A program made the translations under genes and the position numbers. A model generated the notes under the pieces. That model had not been told where the DNA came from and did not search any database. It saw only the letters and a program-made list of their open reading frames with translations. DNA of 64,000 nucleotides from Flavobacteriales bacterium (GTDB lineage: Bacteria > Bacteroidota > Bacteroidia > Flavobacteriales_D > Crocinitomicaceae), in assembly GCA_947476955.1 (NCBI GenBank), contig CANJSS010000002.1:615-64614 (forward strand). The letters run 5' to 3'. This document shows positions 1 through 7,815 of this stretch, in pieces (position 1 is the stretch's first letter; every line of letters starts with the position of its first letter).

Positions 1-273
1 GATGGAGCGTTTGAATACTCGGATCTTCGAGTGGTAATTTTAGGAGCAGGTGACGAATTGTTGGTTTTCCCAAATCCTAGTAGTACAGGATTAATCAATT
101 TCCAAAACCCTGTTGATCTAGGCGAATTGGCTATTTATAGCTCCGAAGGAAAATTGGTTTTTAAAGAAATGGTTGGAAACACCCTTCAAGTAAAACTCAA
201 TCCAGGCGTTTACCTTGTTCGCTATGAAGTTGCCGGTTTATTAAAAACAAAGAAGATTGTTATAACTAATTAA
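1..273 (+). CDS. 3' end of a larger secreted protein carrying a T9SS (Por) type-A C-terminal sorting domain. The 5' end lies upstream of the window.
   Basis: Frame 1 is open from nt 1 (DGAFEYSDLRVVILG...) to TAA at 271-273. The last ~75 aa show the T9SS CTD pattern (LLVFPNPSSTGLINF ... IYSSEGKLV ... PGVYLVRYEV ... KKIVI). Confidence 0.8.
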   Translation, partial: DGAFEYSDLRVVILGAGDELLVFPNPSSTGLINFQNPVDLGELAIYSSEGKLVFKEMVGNTLQVKLNPGVYLVRYEVAGLLKTKKIVITN

Positions 274-290
274 GTTTAGAAACATAATTT

Positions 291-400
291 GATCCGTCCT
301 AAAAAAGTGTGCGATTTAACTTTTATGTGTGTTGCTCACCCCCTCTTTATCTCCCCTCAAGGGGAGAAACGCGATAACAATTCGGAGAAAGATAATTTTG
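291..400. repeat. Copy 1 of a 110-bp tandem direct repeat with an internal hairpin (TCTCCCC-tcaa-GGGGAGA, 350-367).
   Basis: Aligns by eye at roughly 85% identity with 401-510. Shared core: gatttaacttttatgtgtgttgctcacccc...gagaaacgcgataaca. Ends in TAATTTTG (393-400). Confidence 0.85.
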
Positions 401-510
401 ACCCATCCTAAAAAAAGTTTACAGATTTAACTTTTATGTGTGTTGCTCACCCCTCTTCATCTCCCCCTCAATGGGAGAAACGCGATAACACTTTGGAGAA
501 ACATATTTTG
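401..510. repeat. Copy 2 of the 110-bp tandem direct repeat (hairpin TCTCCC-cctcaat-GGGAGA).
   Basis: Same core as copy 1. It differs by two compensating single-C indels in C-tracts plus scattered substitutions. Confidence 0.85.
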
Positions 511-511
511 G

Positions 512-519
512 TATATTTG
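512..519 (+). promoter_or_regulatory. Candidate Bacteroidota -7 promoter box TATATTTG upstream of fabF.
   Basis: Exact match to TAnnTTTG, immediately after repeat copy 2 and ~107 nt upstream of the fabF ATG. Confidence 0.3.
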
Positions 520-625
520 TAGCCAGTCATATACTTTCATTAAATTCCGCTTTTTAAATTCTAATGCATAAATGGAACAATTTGAATTTAGAGTTTATTA
601 AATTTCAAAAACGTAAAACTGAAAA

Positions 626-1870
626 ATGAGACGTGTAGTAATTACTGGAATCGGTGCATTGACACCAATAGGAAATAATTTAAATGCATATTGGGAGAAT
701 CTGAAAAATGGCGTAAGCGGTGCTGCACCAATTACAAAATTCGACACTTCTAAATTCAAAACGACATTTGCCTGTGAATTAAAAGGATACGATCCGAAAG
801 ACCATTTTGATGTGAAAGAAATACGCAAGTACGATCCGTTTTCACAATATGCATTGGTTGCCGTTGCGGAAGCTGTTCAGCATGGAAATATTGATTTCAG
901 CGCATTGAACAAAGACCGTATCGGTGTAATTTGGGGCTCTGGAAATGGCGGTATTCAAACGTTTGAAGACCAGATGATGGAATATTGCGCAGGAGATGGT
1001 ACACCTCGGTTTCCACCGTTTTTTATTCCTCGAATTTTAGTTGATATTGCTTCTGGCATTATTTCCATTAAGTACGGCCTGCGTGGGGTAAATTTCTGTC
1101 CGGTTTCTGCTTGTGCAACTTCCAATACAGCATTAATCGAAGCGTTCAATTACATAAAATGGGATAAAGCTGAGATGATAATTACTGGAGGATCAGAAGC
1201 TGCAATTACACAATCTGCGATTGGTGGTTTTTCCTCTGCAAAAGCATTGTCGACACGAAATGATTCGCCAGAAACGGCATCACGGCCTTTCGATGTTAAC
1301 AGAGACGGTTTTGTGATGGGAGAAGGCGCAGGAGCATTAATTCTGGAAGAATATGAACACGCAAAAAAACGCGGTGCCATTATTTATGGTGAAATTGTTG
1401 GTGGCGGAATGGCGGCAGATGCTTACCATTTAACCGGAACACATCCGGAAGGAGATGGAGCCGTTTTGGGAATGCTAGAAGCGATGCGCGAAGCAGGAAT
1501 TACTGCAAACGAGATAGATTATATCAACATGCACGCTACTTCAACGCCGCAAGGTGATAATTCTGAATTAATTGCAGCAAAACGTGTTTTTGGCGAACAT
1601 AAAAACCTAACTATTTCTGCAACGAAATCCATGACCGGACATTTGCTCGGTGCGGCAGGAGCGATTGAAGGAATTGCTTGCGTAATGGCTTTGCAAGAGG
1701 CAATAATTCCACCAACTATTAATACCACAGAAATTGAACCGGATTTTAAAAATCTATTCGACTTTCCTTTAGGTAAATCAAAACAAAAGGAAATGAGGTA
1801 TGCAATGAGCAATACGTTTGGATTTGGTGGACACATCGCGAGTGTGATTTTCAAGAAGTTTGAAGCATAA
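626..1870 (+). CDS. fabF: Beta-ketoacyl-ACP synthase II.
   Basis: 414 aa. N-terminus RRVVITGIGALTPIG. Catalytic Cys in PVSACATSN and His residues in NMHATSTP and TGHLLGAAG. C-terminal NTFGFGGHIAS. Confidence 0.93.
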   Translation: MRRVVITGIGALTPIGNNLNAYWENLKNGVSGAAPITKFDTSKFKTTFACELKGYDPKDHFDVKEIRKYDPFSQYALVAVAEAVQHGNIDFSALNKDRIGVIWGSGNGGIQTFEDQMMEYCAGDGTPRFPPFFIPRILVDIASGIISIKYGLRGVNFCPVSACATSNTALIEAFNYIKWDKAEMIITGGSEAAITQSAIGGFSSAKALSTRNDSPETASRPFDVNRDGFVMGEGAGALILEEYEHAKKRGAIIYGEIVGGGMAADAYHLTGTHPEGDGAVLGMLEAMREAGITANEIDYINMHATSTPQGDNSELIAAKRVFGEHKNLTISATKSMTGHLLGAAGAIEGIACVMALQEAIIPPTINTTEIEPDFKNLFDFPLGKSKQKEMRYAMSNTFGFGGHIASVIFKKFEA

Positions 1871-1903
1871 GGATTTTACACAGTTCAATTAAAACGAGAG
1901 AAA

Positions 1904-2383
1904 TTGCTAAAACCAGCCGAATTAAAGGACATACGAAAAGAAATTTCTACCCTTGATAGAAAATCATTGGAGGAAATCTGCGGGAAATTGATTCGGTTCA
2001 AAAAAGAAAATAAAGAACTTCTCAGCTACCTATTGTTTTGGTCGGAAGATGAAATGCTTTTCCAGGAAGAGCTGGCAAGTGCCATTACCGACTTGATGCA
2101 GGATGTAAACACAACAAGCGTTTTTTGGGCTAAAAAAACGATTCGAAAAGTTGTACGTCACATGAACCGTTACCTTGGTTTTTCAGGAAATAAAATCACT
2201 GAAATCGAAGTGCGCATTCATTTTTGCGAAGAAATGAAGAAACTCAGCTTGAACATCCACGAGAGTAAAGTCTTGGTAAATATCCAAGAAGCGCAAATCA
2301 AAAAAATTCATACCGCCCTAAAAAGTATTCACGAAGATCTTCAGCGCGATTACGAAGAACGGATTGTGGAATTAAGTCTTTGA
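1904..2383 (+). CDS. Hypothetical protein (159 aa, helical, no recognised motif). Apparent TTG start.
   Basis: Long ORF in the only open frame between fabF and uvrA. The first in-frame ATG is ~50 codons in, so a non-ATG start is assumed. Confidence 0.5.
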   Translation: MLKPAELKDIRKEISTLDRKSLEEICGKLIRFKKENKELLSYLLFWSEDEMLFQEELASAITDLMQDVNTTSVFWAKKTIRKVVRHMNRYLGFSGNKITEIEVRIHFCEEMKKLSLNIHESKVLVNIQEAQIKKIHTALKSIHEDLQRDYEERIVELSL

Positions 2384-2390
2384 CAAAAAT

Positions 2391-5201
2391 TTATTTCAAT
2401 TCAGCTTCTAAATACTTTGCTGTATAAGACGTGTTTTTGGCTTTTTTAACAACCTGTTCTGGCGTTCCTTCACAAATTATCATTCCACCGCCCTTTCCAC
2501 CTTCTGGGCCAATGTCAATAAGGTAATCCGCCACTTTTACAATGTCTAAATTGTGTTCGATGACCAAAACGGTATTTCCTTCGTCTGTTAAACGTTGTAA
2601 TACTTCCAATAGCATCCGAATATCTTCAAAATGCAAACCTGTAGATGGTTCATCCAAAATATAGAAGGTGTTTCCGGTGCTTTTCTTGGCCAACTCGGAA
2701 GACAATTTAATGCGTTGCGCTTCACCGCCCGATAAAGTGGTTGACGGCTGTCCCAATTTCACATATCCCAAACCTACAGAAGAAAGCATCGATAAAGGAC
2801 GATAAATTTTCGGAATCGATTCAAAAAAAGGTGTGGCATCTTCAATTGTCATATCCAATATATCGGATATCGATTTTCCTTTAAACCGAACTTCAAGCGT
2901 TTCGCGGTTATATCTCCTTCCGTTACACATTTCACATTCCACGTATACATCGGGAAGGAAATTCATTTCTATCAATTTCAACCCGCCACCTTTGCAGGTT
3001 TCGCAGCGTCCACCTGCAACATTAAAAGAAAATCTTCCTGCTTTATAGCCTCGAATTTGCGCTTCTGGCAATCCAGCAAATAAAGAACGGATTTCATCAA
3101 ACATTTTCGTGTACGTAGCAGGATTCGAACGAGGAGTTCTACCAATCGGACTCTGATCTATTTCAATTACTTTATCCAAATGTTCTAAGCCTTGAATTGC
3201 TTTATATGGCAATGGTTTTTTGACACCATTGTAAATATGCGCCAACAATATCGGGTAAAGTGTTTGGTTGATTAGCGAAGATTTTCCACTTCCAGAAACA
3301 CCAGTTACACAGCAAAATGTACCAAGTGGAATAGTTAAATCAACGTTTTTGAGGTTGTGACCGCTTGCACCTTTTAGAGTAAGAAATTTACCGTTTCCTT
3401 TGCGGCGTTTTTTAGGAATTTCAATTTTCAATTCACCCGTTAAATATTTTGTGGTAAGCGAATCAACCGTGTTTAATTCAGAAATTGGCGCTGCATTGAT
3501 GATTCGTCCTCCGTGTATTCCTGCTCCGGGACCGATGTCCACCACAAAATCTGCCGCTTCGATCATTTCCTTATCGTGTTCGACAACAATTACTGAATTT
3601 CCAGCATCGCGCAAGCGTTTTAGCGAATTAATCAAACGCGTATTGTCGCGCTGGTGCAAACCAATAGATGGTTCATCCAAAACATATAGAACATTCATCA
3701 ATTCAGATCCGATTTGGGTTGCCAAGCGAATCCGTTGCGCTTCACCACCCGACAACGTTTTTGCAGAACGGTGCAAGGTCAAGTAATCCAAGCCTACTTC
3801 CAATACAAAATTTAAGCGCGTATGGATTTCCTTTAAAATTTCTGTACCAATTAGCTTTTGGTCTGTTGTTAATTTCGCGTCTAAATCTTTGAACCATGCT
3901 GCAAGTTCAATCAAATCCATCTGCGCAAGTTCACCGATATGCTTGTCGTCCAATTTAAAAAAGTGAGATTCTTTTTTCAAACGGGTTCCCTGGCAAGTTG
4001 GACAGCATTTTTTATTCATAAAGCTTAAAGCCCAGCGTTGAATTGCAGCAGAACTTTCTTCGGAGTGCCTTGAAACAAACTGAATTATTCCCTCAAAAAG
4101 GACCGCATTATTTTTTTTGGAACGCTCCATATCTTCGTTTCCATATAGCAAAACATTCAAAATATCTTCTGGAATTTCTTCCAATGGGGTTGCAATGGAG
4201 AATCCTTCCTGCAAAAGATATGTTTCTAGTTTATCAAAAATCCAGGTGCGTTTGTATTCTCCAAGTGGTGCTAACGCTCCTTTTTTAATCGATAATTTAA
4301 AATCGGGAATAATTTTATCAATATCTGCCTCCGACACTTCACCGAGTCCGCTGCAATCGGGACAAGCGCCATAAGGCGAATTGAAGGAAAACAAACTTGG
4401 TTCTGGTTCTGGATAAGAAATACCGGAAGTTGGACACATTAGTGAACGGCTAAAATGGCGAACCTTTTCTGTTTCAAAATCCATTACCATCATCGCTTTA
4501 TTACCGTGTTTCATCGTTGTGATAACAGACTCATAGATTCGTTTCCTATCTTCGGATTTTATCAATAAACGGTCTACTACAATATCGATATCATGGATTT
4601 TATAGCGATCCAATTTCATTCCTTTTTCAATTTCTTTGATTTCCCCATCGACCCGAACCTTTGTGAAACCCATTTTCAGTATTTGCTCAAAAAGTTCGCG
4701 GTAATGTCCTTTTCGTCCTTTTATTTTTGGTGCGAGGAAACTTACTTTTTTACCGTTATACTGCTCGATTATTAGATCAACAATTTGATCGTCGGAATAT
4801 TTAACCATTTTCTCACCCGTTTCGTAGGAAACGGCAACACCAACTCTAGCATAGAGCAAGCGTAAAAAATCATAAATTTCCGTAATTGTACCAACGGTGG
4901 AGCGTGGCGAGCGTGAAACTGTTTTTTGTTCAATGGAAATCACTGGGCTCAAACCGTTTATTTTGTCTACGTCCGGACGCTCGAGTCCGCCTAAAAATTG
5001 CCTTGCGTATGCAGAAAATGTCTCGATATACCGTCGTTGTCCTTCTGCGAAAATGGTATCAAAAGCCAAGGAAGATTTTCCGCTTCCACTTAAACCGGTA
5101 AATACAACCAATTGATTGCGCGGAATTTTGAGATCAATATTTTTTAAATTATGTTCTCTTGCTCCAAATATTTCGATGTATCCTTCTTCGTTTTCGTTCA
5201 C
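2391..5201 (-). CDS. uvrA: Excinuclease ABC subunit A.
   Basis: 936 aa. Two ABC ATPase modules (GLSGSGKSSLAF and GVSGSGKSSLI Walker A; two LSGGEAQRI signatures). GTG start. Confidence 0.97.
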   Translation of the reverse strand: MNENEEGYIEIFGAREHNLKNIDLKIPRNQLVVFTGLSGSGKSSLAFDTIFAEGQRRYIETFSAYARQFLGGLERPDVDKINGLSPVISIEQKTVSRSPRSTVGTITEIYDFLRLLYARVGVAVSYETGEKMVKYSDDQIVDLIIEQYNGKKVSFLAPKIKGRKGHYRELFEQILKMGFTKVRVDGEIKEIEKGMKLDRYKIHDIDIVVDRLLIKSEDRKRIYESVITTMKHGNKAMMVMDFETEKVRHFSRSLMCPTSGISYPEPEPSLFSFNSPYGACPDCSGLGEVSEADIDKIIPDFKLSIKKGALAPLGEYKRTWIFDKLETYLLQEGFSIATPLEEIPEDILNVLLYGNEDMERSKKNNAVLFEGIIQFVSRHSEESSAAIQRWALSFMNKKCCPTCQGTRLKKESHFFKLDDKHIGELAQMDLIELAAWFKDLDAKLTTDQKLIGTEILKEIHTRLNFVLEVGLDYLTLHRSAKTLSGGEAQRIRLATQIGSELMNVLYVLDEPSIGLHQRDNTRLINSLKRLRDAGNSVIVVEHDKEMIEAADFVVDIGPGAGIHGGRIINAAPISELNTVDSLTTKYLTGELKIEIPKKRRKGNGKFLTLKGASGHNLKNVDLTIPLGTFCCVTGVSGSGKSSLINQTLYPILLAHIYNGVKKPLPYKAIQGLEHLDKVIEIDQSPIGRTPRSNPATYTKMFDEIRSLFAGLPEAQIRGYKAGRFSFNVAGGRCETCKGGGLKLIEMNFLPDVYVECEMCNGRRYNRETLEVRFKGKSISDILDMTIEDATPFFESIPKIYRPLSMLSSVGLGYVKLGQPSTTLSGGEAQRIKLSSELAKKSTGNTFYILDEPSTGLHFEDIRMLLEVLQRLTDEGNTVLVIEHNLDIVKVADYLIDIGPEGGKGGGMIICEGTPEQVVKKAKNTSYTAKYLEAELK

Positions 5202-5202
5202 G

Positions 5203-6117
5203 CTATTTGTATGCTTCGTATGGTTTTAAATTAAAATCCGCATGTGGTAATTGAATATAAAAAGCTTCGTCTTTTACCGTCAATTTATTGGATAAAATCC
5301 AGGGATTCAATTTGATTAGAATCTTATAGTTTATTCCTTTGGAGATTGCCCATTCTGCCAAGTTTGAGATAGATTCCTTTATAGGAACACTAAAAGTGCG
5401 AAAAGGTTTATATAATTTAATTTCTTTCATATTATAGGAATATTTCTCCGGATTTTCGAGAATTAATTTCATTGCTAAAATTCTAAAAACGTATCGACTT
5501 GTTTCTGAATTCATTTGAGTGTCAAAATAATTTTCGGTTCTTTGCCAACGCATATCCGATCGAACGCCGCCGATACCGCGATTATAAGATGCTGCTGCTA
5601 ATATCCAATCTTTCAGCATGTCGTTAGCAAATTTCAAATAGCGACAAGCAGCTACAGTACTTTTTTTAATATTTAATCGCTCGTCCACTTCCTTATTCAT
5701 TAGAAGATTGTATTCGGCCGCAGTACCTGGCATAAATTGCCAAAATCCTTGTGCGCCTGCAGGACTTACCGCCTGCATTAAATTGCTTTCAATTACAGCT
5801 AGATATTTAAAATCATCCGGCACCCCATTTTCCTTCAAGATCTTTTCCATTGCAGGAAAAAACCGATTTGCACGCTTGAAAGCTTGCAGTGTAGAACTTT
5901 GATAATACATATTAACTATTATTTCTCGGTCCAATCGCTCGCGAATATCTTCATCTTCCAAATTAATTGTTTTTCCACAAAAAGACATTTTAGTTGGTAA
6001 TTCGAGAAGTGAATTTGAAATGGAAGTTTCGTTTTCAATTAGCGAAACTTTTGACGTTGCCCTTGAGCAAGAAGAAACTATGCAGCAAATAATTGAAAAT
6101 AGAAAGAAGTATCTCAT
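5203..6117 (-). CDS. Lipoprotein lytic transglycosylase (SLT domain, MltD-like).
   Basis: Signal/lipobox IVSSC. SLT motifs AVIESNL and AGAQGFWQFMPGTA. The stop is 1 nt from the uvrA start. Confidence 0.8.
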   Translation of the reverse strand: MRYFFLFSIICCIVSSCSRATSKVSLIENETSISNSLLELPTKMSFCGKTINLEDEDIRERLDREIIVNMYYQSSTLQAFKRANRFFPAMEKILKENGVPDDFKYLAVIESNLMQAVSPAGAQGFWQFMPGTAAEYNLLMNKEVDERLNIKKSTVAACRYLKFANDMLKDWILAAASYNRGIGGVRSDMRWQRTENYFDTQMNSETSRYVFRILAMKLILENPEKYSYNMKEIKLYKPFRTFSVPIKESISNLAEWAISKGINYKILIKLNPWILSNKLTVKDEAFYIQLPHADFNLKPYEAYK

Positions 6118-6159
6118 CTGAAAAAAATATCAAACAAAAATACTTAATTCAGAAGACAT

Positions 6160-7248
6160 TTAATCCTTCTTCTTTTGTGGGAATTTCAGTGTGATGCGGT
6201 AAAGGAAATAAAACGTAGCTAAAAAGTAGATTGAGAAAAATGCAATTGGAAGAATTATGCCTAAATCAATCAAATAAATCATAATTACGGAAAGTAGCGT
6301 TGAACCAATTCCCAAGGCAAGAAAAACATACCAAACTTGAATGTCGTTCAATCCAGCATATACCAAGTGGTGCGTCGTATGGTCTTTACCACCAACCATT
6401 GGCGATTTTCCTTTTTTCAATCGGTTAATAACAACCGTTAACGTGTCGACAGCTGCCGGAGTGAAAGCTATCAAAGTTACTATTATGCTTGCCCAAGCAT
6501 TTGTTTCTGTTTCTGCACTAACATTCCACAAATTCCGTATGGCAAAAAACGAAACGAAAAGTCCTATAAATTGACTTCCAGCATCCCCCATAAATAATTT
6601 CGAAGGATTAACATTCATGACAAGAAATCCGAGAACGCCCCCAAGCATTGCGACAATAGATAGCGTCCATATGTCTGCATTAAAACCTGAAATAATCCAG
6701 TTGCCAAATAAACAAGTCAACAGAATAGAAATTACTGTAGTACCAGTTATCCCATCCATATTATCTAGCATATTTAGTGAATTCATTATAATTATAACCC
6801 AAAGAATTGTAAAAGCCGCATCAATTGCAAAAATATGCGTTACGTCAATTTTTGTACCCGTTAGGATAAATATTATACCACACGAAATTTGAACCAATAA
6901 TTTGAATAACGGTTTTGTATTGTAGGCATCATCCGCCAAACCCATAGAAAAGGCAATAGTTCCTGCTAAAACCAAACCTGTGAATTCAAAAGGAGAAACA
7001 GTGTATAACTCATTGTGAAAAATATTTTCTTCGTAAAACAATATTAAATGCACTAACATGAAGAATAGAAATACAATAAAAAAAGAAACTCCACCAAGGG
7101 AAGGTTTAGATTCATTGCTCCAACGAACCATTACATCATTCTTATTTCTTATCCCCAGCGATTTCGAGAAATTTAAAAGTAAAGCATTACTTATTAAAGA
7201 AATAATAATCCCTCCAATACAAAAACAAATTATTTTAAGTGGTTCCAT
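6160..7248 (-). CDS. Polyprenyl-phosphate sugar-1-phosphate transferase (MraY/WecA family, GT4 superfamily).
   Basis: 362 aa polytopic membrane protein with MLDNMDGITG and GDAGSQFIG motifs. Confidence 0.85.
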   Translation of the reverse strand: MEPLKIICFCIGGIIISLISNALLLNFSKSLGIRNKNDVMVRWSNESKPSLGGVSFFIVFLFFMLVHLILFYEENIFHNELYTVSPFEFTGLVLAGTIAFSMGLADDAYNTKPLFKLLVQISCGIIFILTGTKIDVTHIFAIDAAFTILWVIIIMNSLNMLDNMDGITGTTVISILLTCLFGNWIISGFNADIWTLSIVAMLGGVLGFLVMNVNPSKLFMGDAGSQFIGLFVSFFAIRNLWNVSAETETNAWASIIVTLIAFTPAAVDTLTVVINRLKKGKSPMVGGKDHTTHHLVYAGLNDIQVWYVFLALGIGSTLLSVIMIYLIDLGIILPIAFFSIYFLATFYFLYRITLKFPQKKKD

Positions 7249-7260
7249 CTGCTTTAAAAA

Positions 7261-7815
7261 TTAATATTTATTTTCTTTCATAAAATCCTGAAAAGATTGG
7301 CCAAACATGTCTTTTTGAGAAACAATAGGATTGGAAATATCGCCCCAATTAATTGCCAAAAGTGGATCATTCCAATTAAGCGTCTTTTCGTGTTCAGGAG
7401 AGTAAAAATTAGTGCATTTGTATGAAAACAAAGTATTTTCTTCCAATGACAAGAATCCATGCGCGAATCCAGGAGGAATCCAAAATTGGTAGTTATTTTC
7501 TGAAGAAAGCTCAATGGATTGGTATTGGCCATACGTTTTGGAATTTTTCCGAATATCCACTGCAATATCTAATACTTTTCCTTGTAATACAGTTACGAGT
7601 TTTCCTTGGGCAAAAGGGGATTCCTGAAAATGCAAGCCTCTAAGAACATGCTTGTTTGAAACAGAAATATTATCTTGCACAAAATTAGCACCCTCTCCTA
7701 GAATTTCAGCATATTTAATTGCATTGTAGGATTCAAAGAAAAAACCTCTGTCATCTTGAAATAAGCGCGGTTCAATCAATAATAATCCTTCAATTTCAAA
7801 TTTCCTTATCTGCAT
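7261..7815 (-). CDS. rfbC: dTDP-4-dehydrorhamnose 3,5-epimerase.
   Basis: Start moved to the ATG at 7815 (MQIRKFEIEGLLLIEPRLFQDDRGFFFESY...). Motifs RGLHFQ and FWIPPGFAHGF. The 5' end overlaps the wzc 3' end by 20 nt. Confidence 0.9.
   Translation of the reverse strand: MQIRKFEIEGLLLIEPRLFQDDRGFFFESYNAIKYAEILGEGANFVQDNISVSNKHVLRGLHFQESPFAQGKLVTVLQGKVLDIAVDIRKNSKTYGQYQSIELSSENNYQFWIPPGFAHGFLSLEENTLFSYKCTNFYSPEHEKTLNWNDPLLAINWGDISNPIVSQKDMFGQSFQDFMKENKY

Noticed and set aside
291-510. CRISPR array or terminator pair as an explanation for the 110-bp repeats.
   Set aside because: There are only two directly abutting copies with no unique spacers, and the repeat length is far above CRISPR size. 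The hairpins are not followed by T-runs on either strand.
3121-3135. tRNA T-arm-like string (reverse complement of ggattcgaacg).
   Set aside because: It is embedded in the uvrA coding frame, with no acceptor or anticodon stems around it. No tRNA could be folded anywhere in the window.
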